In this document: positions 1 to 8,007 of the stretch, piece after piece
How positions within the stretch are numbered: the stretch's first letter is position 1
Layout of the letters: every line of letters starts with the position of its first letter
DNA from: Halomicrobium mukohataei DSM 12286
GTDB taxonomy: Archaea; Halobacteriota; Halobacteria; Halobacteriales; Haloarculaceae
Reading direction: 5' to 3'
Assembly: GCF_000023965.1 (NCBI RefSeq)
Contig: NC_013202.1
Coordinates: 2,250,001 to 2,282,000, forward strand
Length of the DNA stretch: 32,000 bases
Notes under the pieces: generated by a model
What the model saw: only the letters and a program-made list of their open reading frames with translations
What the model was told of the DNA's origin: nothing
Database searches by the model: none
Translations under genes and position numbers: made by a program

Positions 1-443
1 CCGTCGAGACGCTGGCCGAGGCCGTCGCAGAGGAGGCACGATCGGGAGTCACCTACGTCCTCGGACCCGGCAGCACCGTCGGCGCGATCAAGTCCGCGCT
101 GGGGTTCGACGGCACGACCCTGGGCGTCGACGTGTGGCGAGACGGGGCGGTTCTCGTCAGGGACGGCGGCGAGGCGGAGATCGTCGACGCGCTCGGCGAG
201 GACAACGTCGTGATCGTCTCGCCCATCGGCGGACAGGGGTTCGTCTTCGGCCGGGGGAACCAACAGCTGTCGCCGGCCGTCATCGAACGCTGTGAGATCG
301 AGGTCGTCGCATCGCGGGCCAAGCTCGACGACATCGGCGTGTTGCGCGTCGACACCGGCGATCCGGAACTGGACGAGCAGTTGCGGGGCTGGCTCCGGGT
401 GCGCGTCGGGGCCTTCGAGCGCCGTCTCGTCGAGGTCGCCTGA
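1..443 (+). CDS. ATP-NAD kinase-like protein (COG3199-type), C-terminal part; 5' end lies outside the window
   Basis: Frame 3 is open from the window edge to TGA at 441-443. The translation (..GPGSTVGAIKSALGF..SPIGGQGFVFGRGNQQLSPAVI..) carries the GGQGF-x-FGRGNQQ-type motif I associate with archaeal predicted NAD kinases. Acidic composition and G/C-rich third codon positions. Confidence 0.6.
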   Translation, partial: VETLAEAVAEEARSGVTYVLGPGSTVGAIKSALGFDGTTLGVDVWRDGAVLVRDGGEAEIVDALGEDNVVIVSPIGGQGFVFGRGNQQLSPAVIERCEIEVVASRAKLDDIGVLRVDTGDPELDEQLRGWLRVRVGAFERRLVEVA

Positions 444-453
444 CGCCGCGACG

Positions 454-477
454 ATCGGTGGATGTTCGTCCACCGAT
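454..477 (+). terminator. Perfect 9-bp hairpin ATCGGTGGA-tgttcg-TCCACCGAT just after the upstream stop codon, followed by an AT-rich stretch
   Basis: Inverted repeat read directly from the sequence, 11 nt after the stop at 441-443. AT-rich promoter-like sequence (aatattattatt) follows, ahead of the next gene. Confidence 0.35.
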
Positions 478-566
478 TCCCGGCAACGAATCTCAATATT
501 ATTATTCGCGGAATGTATTCGTCCGTATGGACAACATTAAGGTGAGCTGGGACAAGTAAAGGACAT

Positions 567-1601
567 ATGGAAACCCGAAAGGTACAGCGGTTGGGCCCTT
601 CGACGCTCGCGATGACGTTGCCGGCAGAGTGGGCCAGCGCCCACGACGTGGAGAAGGGCGACGAAGTGTCGCTGCGAATCAGCGGCAACGGTGCCCTCAC
701 CGTGTTGCCCGAATCGGTGCAGGCAGAGGAGTCCGAGGCGATCATCTACGCCGCCAATCTCGACGCCGACGCCGTCGAGCGAGCGATCGTCGCCCAGTAC
801 GTGCTGGGCCGCCGGATCATCCACATCGACGCTGGCGAGGGCGAGACGCTCCCCTCGGAACACATCAACGCCGTCTACAACGCCGAGACCCAGCTGATGG
901 GGCTGGGCGTCATCGAGGAACGCCCGGAACGCATCGCCATCCGGTGCTCGGTCGACCCCGAAGACTTCACGCTGAACAACCTCCTCGAACGGCTCGAATC
1001 GACCGGCAGCACCATGCGAAACGAGGCCGTCAAGTCGCTGGCCCACGGCAACCCCGACCTCGCACAGCGCGCACTCAACCGGGAACGCCAGGCCAACAAG
1101 ATCTTCGTGCTCCTCCTTCGGCTCATCTTCACCTCCTACCAGAACCCCAATCTGGCGCGGGCGGTCGGCCTCGACGACGGCTTCCCGCTGATCGGGTACC
1201 GATCGATCGCGAAGAACCTGGAGTTGACTGCCGACAACGCCGAGGACATCGCCGAGATCGCCCTGGAGTCCGACGATCACACGCTCACGGTCGAGTCGTC
1301 GACGATGCGTCGGATCCGCGATTTCACCGATCAGGTCAACGAGATCACGGAGAAAGCGGTGACCGCCACCGTCGAGCGCGACTACGACACCGCAATCGAG
1401 GTCCGCGAGACCTACGCCGAGATCGGCGACCGGGAGACCGAGATTCTTGACGATCTGCCGGAGATGGGCAACGAGTCGCTCCTGCAGGTGCGAGAAGTCC
1501 TCGTGAGCCTCCAGCAGACCGCCGAGTACGCCGTCCGAAACGCCGAAATCGCGACGAACCTCGCGCTCAACGAGGAGTCCGAGCACACCGAGATCAAGTA
1601 A
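567..1601 (+). CDS. PhoU-family regulator with N-terminal AbrB/SpoVT DNA-binding domain
   Basis: 344-aa ORF. The N-terminus VQRLGPSTLAMTLPAEWASAHDVEKGDEV is a typical SpoVT/AbrB swapped-hairpin motif. It is followed by two helical PhoU-like repeats, the common archaeal AbrB-PhoU architecture. Confidence 0.85.
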   Translation: METRKVQRLGPSTLAMTLPAEWASAHDVEKGDEVSLRISGNGALTVLPESVQAEESEAIIYAANLDADAVERAIVAQYVLGRRIIHIDAGEGETLPSEHINAVYNAETQLMGLGVIEERPERIAIRCSVDPEDFTLNNLLERLESTGSTMRNEAVKSLAHGNPDLAQRALNRERQANKIFVLLLRLIFTSYQNPNLARAVGLDDGFPLIGYRSIAKNLELTADNAEDIAEIALESDDHTLTVESSTMRRIRDFTDQVNEITEKAVTATVERDYDTAIEVRETYAEIGDRETEILDDLPEMGNESLLQVREVLVSLQQTAEYAVRNAEIATNLALNEESEHTEIK

Positions 1602-1608
1602 TCGTCCG

Positions 1609-2775
1609 TCAGAGCACGCCGTCGCCGGTCTCGGATCCACCATCGAGGATGCCGTCGTCGGTCTCGGTCGGCGTTGCCGTTGGCGTCGTCTCCGTCCCGG
1701 TGACGGTCGTTTCTGTTACCTCCGAGCCCGTCGGATCGAGTCCGTCGTCGGAGTCTGTTTCTGTGGTTCTGCTATCTGCTCCTGTCGTGGCGCTGTCGTT
1801 CGACGCTGACGCCGGCGTCGCCTCGTCAGTCGTCGCACTCTCGTTTGTCGCCTTGGTGCCGAAGATGTCGGTCTCGATCCGCTGCTCGTAATCGATCGCG
1901 TCGAGATCGATCCTGAACTGTTCCTCGCCCACCTCGACGAGCAGATAGAAGTCGATCCGTAGATCCGTGACCTGGTCCCGATCGATGTGGCTGACCCACC
2001 ACTCGTCGAGTCTGTCGTTGCGGATCGCCGCGTTCGCTCGGATCGTCTCTGTCGTCCGCGGTTCGAGGAGATACCCCCTGTCGGTCTCGCCCTCGCCGAC
2101 GGGGACGCCGTTCATCGTGACGTCGTAGCCGACCTTCGAGACGGTGTAGGGAACGGACTTGGGGTTGTAGACGGTGAAGCTGAGGTCCAGCGGCGTCTGC
2201 TGGCGCGTCACGTTCGGTCGGTCCCAGGCCCCTCGCGTCCGATTGATGTACAGGACGGGGTCGCGAACGAACGGGCGATTCGCCTCGACCGGTCGCGTCT
2301 CCGTCGAGTCGAACTGCCCGGCGATGTCCGTCTCGATCGCCCGTGACTGACCCAGAGAGGCCTCGCCGAGCGGCGTCTCGACTCTCGCGTCGATATCGAC
2401 CGCCGTCGTCTCTCCGTTGTCGACGTGGGTGTACCACCAGACCGGAATCTGCTCGTTGTCTATCGCCGTCGTGAGGTTCAGCGTCGAGTTCCCGGTCGGC
2501 ACCCGGACGCCGTCTCGCTGTCCGCTGGCGAGTGTCACGTCGTTCATGGCGACGCTGTAGTTGACGCGTACGTTCCCCAGTCTGACCCCGATCGGATTCG
2601 GGTTGCGCAGGTGCAGATCGGTGTGGACGACCGTCGTCGTCTCGTTGACCGGCCCGAACTGGTTGTCGACGCCCGCGAGGCTGGGCGTGCCGAGGACACC
2701 GAGCGCGACGCCGCCACCGAGGACCAGCGCGATCCCCAGGACGCCAGCGAGGCCGACTGTGAGCGATCGACGCAT
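1609..2775 (-). CDS. Membrane-anchored LEA_2/WHy (LEA14-like) repeat protein with Thr/Asp/Glu-rich C-terminal tail
   Basis: ORF 1609-2817. The likely start is the internal ATG at 2775 (MRRSLTVGLAGVLGIALVLGG), giving an N-terminal TM anchor. Repeated modules such as LHLRNPNPIGVRLGNVRVNYSVAMNDV and FTVYNPKSVPYTVSKVGYDVTMNGV are typical of LEA_2/WHy domains. Confidence 0.7.
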   Translation of the reverse strand: MRRSLTVGLAGVLGIALVLGGGVALGVLGTPSLAGVDNQFGPVNETTTVVHTDLHLRNPNPIGVRLGNVRVNYSVAMNDVTLASGQRDGVRVPTGNSTLNLTTAIDNEQIPVWWYTHVDNGETTAVDIDARVETPLGEASLGQSRAIETDIAGQFDSTETRPVEANRPFVRDPVLYINRTRGAWDRPNVTRQQTPLDLSFTVYNPKSVPYTVSKVGYDVTMNGVPVGEGETDRGYLLEPRTTETIRANAAIRNDRLDEWWVSHIDRDQVTDLRIDFYLLVEVGEEQFRIDLDAIDYEQRIETDIFGTKATNESATTDEATPASASNDSATTGADSRTTETDSDDGLDPTGSEVTETTVTGTETTPTATPTETDDGILDGGSETGDGVL

Positions 2776-2879
2776 ACAGTAGCGACTCCACGTCGGACTG
2801 GATATATCTTCGGGCACGGCGTCGCTCTCGGGACGCTCGCTCCGTATGAATTAAGTGGCCACTCGGGATAGCAGTTCGT

Positions 2880-3095
2880 ATGGCAACAACGTCGTCGAAG
2901 ACGGACATGAGCGTCGGACTGGGGCTGCTCTTCTCGATCGTGGCGGTCGTCGCTTCGGTCGCGACAGGGGTCTTCGGCTACTCGTACGCGCTGGAACACG
3001 CCCGTGCAGTGCAGGTCAACGGCGGGATCGCCTTCGGCGTCGCGATGCTGGCGGCGGGCCTGGCGATCGTCGCGATCCACGCGTTCGACGACTGA
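2880..3095 (+). CDS. Small two-TM membrane protein (hypothetical)
   Basis: 71-aa ORF with two hydrophobic helices (LGLLFSIVAVVASVATGVFGY and GIAFGVAMLAAGLAIVAI), divergent from the LEA-like gene. G/C-rich third codon positions. Confidence 0.5.
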   Translation: MATTSSKTDMSVGLGLLFSIVAVVASVATGVFGYSYALEHARAVQVNGGIAFGVAMLAAGLAIVAIHAFDD

Positions 3096-3212
3096 TCGAC
3101 GGGCCGACGAGTCGTCGCTTGACCATCCTTTTGTTCCCACTGCCCACCCGTCTACTCCGCTCCGATAGCTCGGAAAGGAACGGTTAAGACTTCGAAGGCC
3201 CTACTTGGAGGC

Positions 3213-3437
3213 ATGGGAGAGATCAGCGAGGAAGACCGGCAGATCCTCGACTACCTGAGGGACAGCGTCTCCCGCGGGCAGAGCTACTTCCGCGCGAAGA
3301 ACATCGCCGATCAGCTCGGTCTCTCGTCGAAGCAGGTCGGTGCCCGGTTGCCGCGACTCGCCGAGGAGGCCGACGAGGTCGACATCGAGAAGTGGGGACG
3401 ATCCCGCTCGACGACGTGGCGCGTCACGCTGAGCTAG
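3213..3437 (+). CDS. Small winged-helix-like DNA-binding protein (hypothetical)
   Basis: 74-aa acidic ORF. ILDYLRD..YFRAKNIADQLGLSSKQVGARLPRL looks like an HTH/wHTH. A T5 run (3458-3462) lies downstream. Confidence 0.6.
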   Translation: MGEISEEDRQILDYLRDSVSRGQSYFRAKNIADQLGLSSKQVGARLPRLAEEADEVDIEKWGRSRSTTWRVTLS

Positions 3438-3487
3438 CCGTGGCCGTCTTCGCCGTCTTTTTGACCACGTACCCCTGACGACATCGT

Positions 3488-3931
3488 ATGACTGTCCGGG
3501 TCGAGCGGACGATGACGGTACCGGCGTCGCCCGAGCGTGTCTGGGAGTTCATCGCGGACCCGGACCGACGCGCTGCGCCGATCAGCGTCATCGAGCGATG
3601 GGAGACACACGACGACGGCTCGGCCACGTGGCACCTCGCGCTCCCGATCCCGCTGATCGACAGCACGGTCGCCGTCGAGACCAGCGACGACGAACGGCGG
3701 GCTCCCGACTACGTCAGCTTCACCGGCCGATCGAAGGTGATGTCGGTGCGGGGAGAACACGAACTGGAAGCGATCGAGCGGGACGACGCGGACGTGGCGA
3801 CGCGACTGACGAACCGGTTCGTCGTCGACGGTCGAATCCCGGGCGTCGAGCGGTTCTTCAAGCGCAACTTCGACGCCGAGCTGGAGAACCTCGAACGCGC
3901 GCTGCTGGCCGACATCGAGGACCGCCCATGA
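3488..3931 (+). CDS. SRPBCC (START/polyketide-cyclase-like) family protein
   Basis: 147-aa ORF. The N-terminus VERTMTVPASPERVWEFIADP is the characteristic SRPBCC opening. The stop overlaps the next start (ATGA at 3928-3931). Confidence 0.75.
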   Translation: MTVRVERTMTVPASPERVWEFIADPDRRAAPISVIERWETHDDGSATWHLALPIPLIDSTVAVETSDDERRAPDYVSFTGRSKVMSVRGEHELEAIERDDADVATRLTNRFVVDGRIPGVERFFKRNFDAELENLERALLADIEDRP

Positions 3932-4740
3932 AGATCGCGCTCGCACAGCACCGCGTCGAAGCGGGCACCGTCGAGGCGAACGTCGAGCGAGCGACGGCGA
4001 TGATCGAACGAGCCGCCGACCGGGGTGTGGGACTCGTCGCGCTGCCGGAGCTGTTTGCCACCGGCTACTTCGCCTTCGACGCCTACGCTCGCACCGCCGA
4101 GTCCCTGACGGGGCCGACGCTGACGCGCCTCCGAGAGACGGCGGCCGAGCAGGACCTCGCCCTCCTCGCGGGGTCGATCGTCGAGGATCTGGCTGCCAGC
4201 CACGCGGCCGGCATCGAGACGCCGGCCACGGAGGGGTACGCCAACACCTCGGTACTGTTCGACAGCGACGGCCGGCGACGCAGCGTGTACCGCAAACACC
4301 ACCTCTTTGGCTACGGTTCGGCCGAGCAGGACCTCCTGGAGCCGGGCGAGCGCATCCAGACTGCCGACATCGGGGGTTTTACCGTCGGCGTCACGACCTG
4401 CTACGACCTCCGGTTTCCGGAGCTCTACCGGGAACTGGCCGACCGCGGTGTCACGCTCGTGCTCGTCCCGAGCGCGTGGCCCTACCCCCGCGTCGAGCAC
4501 TGGTCGGTCCTGCCGAAGGCACGTGCCGTCGAGAACCTCACGTACGTCGCGGCGGCAAACGGCGTCGGCACGTTCGACGGCGAGGCGCTGCTCGGTCGCT
4601 CGACGGTGTACGATCCGTGGGGGACGCCGATCGCGTCGACGGGCGACGAGCCGGCACTCGTCACCGCCGACCTCGATCCGGATCGGGTCGCCGCCGTCCG
4701 CGAGTCGTTCCCGGCGCTCGACGATCGCCGTCAACCCTGA
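3928..4740 (+). CDS. Carbon-nitrogen hydrolase (nitrilase superfamily)
   Basis: Internal ATG at 3928 of ORF 3598-4740 (MKIALAQHRV..). The catalytic triad context is present: E in LPELF, K in YRKHHLF, C in VTTCYDLRFPE. Confidence 0.85.
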   Translation: MKIALAQHRVEAGTVEANVERATAMIERAADRGVGLVALPELFATGYFAFDAYARTAESLTGPTLTRLRETAAEQDLALLAGSIVEDLAASHAAGIETPATEGYANTSVLFDSDGRRRSVYRKHHLFGYGSAEQDLLEPGERIQTADIGGFTVGVTTCYDLRFPELYRELADRGVTLVLVPSAWPYPRVEHWSVLPKARAVENLTYVAAANGVGTFDGEALLGRSTVYDPWGTPIASTGDEPALVTADLDPDRVAAVRESFPALDDRRQP

Positions 4741-4770
4741 GCTTTATACGTGCTCGGTCGAGAGTAGCAA

Positions 4771-4790
4771 GTGCCGGCACGGCGCTTTTC
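4771..4790 (+). terminator. Palindrome GTGCCGGCAC followed by GGCGCTTTTC (hairpin plus T-run) after the hydrolase gene
   Basis: Read directly from the sequence, 31 nt after the stop at 4738-4740. Archaeal termination commonly uses oligo-T. Confidence 0.3.
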
Positions 4791-4855
4791 ACGTCTTTGC
4801 CGGCGAACTAGCTCGGCTCGCTCGACTCGCTGCTCGGCCACGGTGGCGATCGCCC

Positions 4856-4875
4856 AAGGCTGTCCGGACAGCCTT
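4856..4875. repeat. Perfect 20-nt palindrome AAGGCTGTCCGGACAGCCTT
   Basis: Read directly from the sequence. It shares the GGCTGTCCG/CGGACAGCC core with the motif at 5008-5034. An adjacent 10-nt palindrome GGCGATCGCC lies at 4845-4854. Confidence 0.8.
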
Positions 4876-5007
4876 TCTCGGCGTCCTTCCATCGTGTTGG
4901 GTCTCCAGCCCTTTTGACGCTCACAACCGTCCTCTCTCGTCCTCGGAGCGCCGCTCACACTGTCGGCTGACACTCTGGGAGAGACTCGCCGTGGTGGCGA
5001 ACTCGTT

Positions 5008-5034
5008 TACAGACGGACAGCCGGCAGCATCACG
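5008..5034. repeat. Copy of short motif family TACAGACGGACAGCCGGCAGCATCACG, spanning the stop codon of the PQQ dehydrogenase gene
   Basis: 20/20 reverse-complement match to 17142-17161 and 18/18 direct match (ACAGCCGGCAGCATCACG) to 17205-17222. Confidence 0.8.
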
Positions 5035-6238
5035 CAGGCGAGAGGCGCACGATCGGCGCGTCGTCGGCGTCGACGGCCACGTAGAGGTGTCCGTCCTCGA
5101 CTCCCTGTGCCACGTCTCTGATTCGCCACCCGCGTCCCGACAGCAACTGCTCGGCCTCGGTCACGTCGGTGCCGTCGACGGTGAAGCGAGCGAGAGACTG
5201 CGAGGCCAGCCCGCCGACGAACAGATCGCCGTCCCACTCCGGGAACGCCGCGCCGGTGTAGAACGTCATTCCGCTGGGTGGGAAGCCACCGCTCCCGCAG
5301 GGCCAGGAGTAGACCGGCCCGACCACGTCGTCGCGGTCCGCGTGTGCCACGCCGATGGGATCGCCCGAACCGTACGTACAGCCTTCGTCGGCGACGGGCC
5401 ACCCGTAGTTGCCCCCGGGCCGGAGGACGTTGATCTCGTCGCCGTCCTGCTCCCCGAACTCGCTCTGCCAGATCGCGCCGGTGTCGGGATGGACGGCCAT
5501 GCCCTGGGCGTTGCGGTGGCCGTAGCTGTAGACGGCGTCGGCGGCCGCCGGCTCGTCGACGAACGGATTGTCGTCCGGGACCGAGCCGTCGGGTTCGAGG
5601 CGCAGCGTCACACCGAGTTCCGTCGTCAGGTCCTGGGCGACGTGCTGGGGGCCGAAGTCCTTGAACTGTCGATCACCGACCGTCTGGTAGACTGTGCCGT
5701 CCCGGCCGAAAGCGACCCGGGAGCCGAAGTGGCCGTTCGACTCGACGAAGGGCTCGGCGACGTGGAGCCGCTCGACCGCTTCGAGCGAGCCGCTGTCGAC
5801 GTTCAGCCGTCCGCGAGCCAGCGCCGTCGTCGACTCTCCGCCGTCGTTCGCGCTGGCGTAGGTCAGGTACACCCACGGCGTCTCCTCGAACTCGGGGTGG
5901 AGTTCGCTGTCGAGCAAGCCGCCCTGCCCCCGAGCGTGGACCGACGGCACGCCGGTCAGTTCGCTCTTCTCGCCGTCCGGCAGCGACACCAGCCAGAGCC
6001 GACCCGGCCGTTCGGTCACGAGCAACCGATCGCCCGAGGGCAACGGTGTGACGCTCCACGGAGCCGTGAACGACTCCGCGACGCGATCGACGGCGACCCC
6101 GGCGTCGTCGTCGGTCTCGGTCGGTGATCGCTGTCCGACCGACCGCCCGTCACAGCCGGCCACGAGGCCGCCGAGGCCGGTAGCGATCGTGGCCAGCATC
6201 GAACGACGCCGCGTGACTGCTGTCGTCTCGTCGGTCAT
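5030..6238 (-). CDS. PQQ-dependent sugar (glucose/sorbosone) dehydrogenase, Tat-lipoprotein type
   Basis: ORF 5030-6313, with the likely start at ATG 6238 (MTDETTAVTRRRSMLATIATGLGGLVAGC), giving a twin-arginine signal plus lipobox Cys. Beta-propeller motifs HFGSRVAFGRDG, SYGHRNAQGMA and GGNYGWP are present. Confidence 0.85.
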   Translation of the reverse strand: MTDETTAVTRRRSMLATIATGLGGLVAGCDGRSVGQRSPTETDDDAGVAVDRVAESFTAPWSVTPLPSGDRLLVTERPGRLWLVSLPDGEKSELTGVPSVHARGQGGLLDSELHPEFEETPWVYLTYASANDGGESTTALARGRLNVDSGSLEAVERLHVAEPFVESNGHFGSRVAFGRDGTVYQTVGDRQFKDFGPQHVAQDLTTELGVTLRLEPDGSVPDDNPFVDEPAAADAVYSYGHRNAQGMAVHPDTGAIWQSEFGEQDGDEINVLRPGGNYGWPVADEGCTYGSGDPIGVAHADRDDVVGPVYSWPCGSGGFPPSGMTFYTGAAFPEWDGDLFVGGLASQSLARFTVDGTDVTEAEQLLSGRGWRIRDVAQGVEDGHLYVAVDADDAPIVRLSPA

Positions 6239-6409
6239 ACTGCCACTTCGAGTCCCACGTTCACAAACCTCTCGTCGACTCGCTCCCGCGGGTCGAACTC
6301 TCTCGGAGCACACGCCACCGCTACTCGCGGCTCGTCCCGCTCGTCGAGCGCATCACTCCTCTGCTCGCAGTGAACCACTGGTCGGCGATGAAACGCCTCC
6401 CTGCGTCGT

Positions 6410-7939
6410 TCACTCCTCGGTCCGTATATCAGCCGACAACCCCTGTGCCATCTCGATCTCCTTCGAGTTGTTGATCGTCCAGGCCGTTCGTTCGGTGACC
6501 GCCTCGATCACCTCGCGGGCGTGTGGCGAGCCGCTGCCGGACTTCTTGACGCCGCCGAAGGGGAGGTGAACCTCCGCGCCGATACACGGGAGGTTCCCGT
6601 AGGCCAGTCCGAGGTCGGCGTTGTCTCGGAAGTAGTTGATCTGGCGGTAGTCCTCGGCGACGATCGCACCGGCGAGGCCGTACGGCGTCGCGTTGACCAT
6701 CTCGACTGCGCGTTCGACCCCGCCGGAGTACTCCAGCAGGGCGACGTGGGGGCCGAACACCTCTTCGGTGAGACAGCGCAGTTCGGGATCGTACTCCATC
6801 TCGTAGACGAAGGGTCCGACCCAGTTGCCCTCCTCGCGGCCGTCGGGGATCGCGTCGGGCGACAGCTCCTCCCGGTCGACGAGCACTGTCGCACCCTCCT
6901 GTCGGGCCAGTTCGTTGTACTCCGCGAACTTCTCGACTTGCTCTTGGTCGACGACCGGGCCCATGAACGTCGACTCGTCGAGGGGATCTCCGACCGTCAC
7001 GTCTTCCGCGAGGTCGACGAAGCGGCGCTTGAACTCGTCGTACACGTCTTCGTGGACGATCAGGCGCTCCGCGGAGACACAGCGCTGGCCGGCCGTCTTG
7101 AACGAGGACATCACCGCCGAGTGGACCGCGATATCCAGGTCGGCGGTGTCGGTGACGACGACCGCGTTCTTGCCGCCCATCTCGCAACACGCGCTCCGGC
7201 CCGGCCGGCCGCCGATCTTGCCGGCTACCTCGTGGCCGACCGCCGCAGAGCCCGTAAAGAGGACGGTGTCGACGCGGTCGTCCTCGACGACGGCGTTGCC
7301 GGCGTCGCCGTACCCCTGAACGAGGTTGAACACGCCGTCGGGGATCCCCGCGTCGTCGAACATCTCCGCGACGATCTGGGCACACCACGGTGTCTGTTCG
7401 GCGGGTTTCCAGACGACGGTGTTGCCCTCGACGAGCGCGACCGCCATGTGCCAGAACGGGATGGCGACGGGGAAGTTCCAGGGCGTGATGCAGCCGACGA
7501 CGCCGCGGGGCTTGCGCCGCATGTAGGCGTCCTTGCTCGCGACCTCGCTGGGAACGACGTCGCCGTGGGGGTGGCGGGCGTTGCCCGCGGCCCACTCGAC
7601 CATGTGGTAGGCCTCGACCACGTCGGCTCGGCCCTCGGAGAGTTCTTTCCCGCACTCCCTGCTGACGACTTCGCCGAGTTCGTCGGTGCGGTCTCGAAGC
7701 TCGTGGAAGATCTCCCAGAGGTGTTCCGCGCGATCGATGTAGGAGAGGGACTGCCACTCGTCGGCGGCGGCCTCGGCGGCGGCGACGGCGCTGGCTACGT
7801 CGTCGCTCGTTCCGCGCTGGAACTCGGCCAGCACCTCGCCGGTCGCGGGCTCGCGACTCTCGAAGATCGTCGTACTGTCGCCGTCTGTCCACTCACCGTC
7901 GATGTAGTGGCGGCCGGGGACCTCGCTGTCTCGAGTCAT
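6410..7939 (-). CDS. NAD(P)-dependent aldehyde dehydrogenase
   Basis: 509-aa ORF with ALDH signatures: VVWKPAEQTP, CCEMGGKN (catalytic Glu region) and FKTAGQRCVSAERL (catalytic Cys). Confidence 0.9.
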   Translation of the reverse strand: MTRDSEVPGRHYIDGEWTDGDSTTIFESREPATGEVLAEFQRGTSDDVASAVAAAEAAADEWQSLSYIDRAEHLWEIFHELRDRTDELGEVVSRECGKELSEGRADVVEAYHMVEWAAGNARHPHGDVVPSEVASKDAYMRRKPRGVVGCITPWNFPVAIPFWHMAVALVEGNTVVWKPAEQTPWCAQIVAEMFDDAGIPDGVFNLVQGYGDAGNAVVEDDRVDTVLFTGSAAVGHEVAGKIGGRPGRSACCEMGGKNAVVVTDTADLDIAVHSAVMSSFKTAGQRCVSAERLIVHEDVYDEFKRRFVDLAEDVTVGDPLDESTFMGPVVDQEQVEKFAEYNELARQEGATVLVDREELSPDAIPDGREEGNWVGPFVYEMEYDPELRCLTEEVFGPHVALLEYSGGVERAVEMVNATPYGLAGAIVAEDYRQINYFRDNADLGLAYGNLPCIGAEVHLPFGGVKKSGSGSPHAREVIEAVTERTAWTINNSKEIEMAQGLSADIRTEE

Positions 7940-8007
7940 GTGAGCGTGTGGACTTGACCCCCGGTAGACAAAAATCTATGTCACGAGACGGGTGTGGGTC
8001 GCTGGCG

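Noticed and set aside
537-1643. 368-aa minus-strand ORF covering the PhoU-like gene
   Set aside because: It is antisense to a gene with clear AbrB and PhoU motifs. The product is rich in Arg, Gly, Val and Asp with no recognisable domain. It is a typical high-GC shadow ORF.
4307-6127. 606-aa plus-strand ORF
   Set aside because: The composition is rich in Arg, Ser, Pro and Ala. It overlaps the C-N hydrolase in another frame and runs antisense through the PQQ dehydrogenase, both of which have catalytic motifs.
6521-7957. 478-aa plus-strand ORF, plus the 487-aa alternative minus-frame ORF 6429-7892
   Set aside because: Both overlap the aldehyde dehydrogenase gene, which has clear ALDH signatures. 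Their products are Arg/Gly/Asp-rich low complexity.
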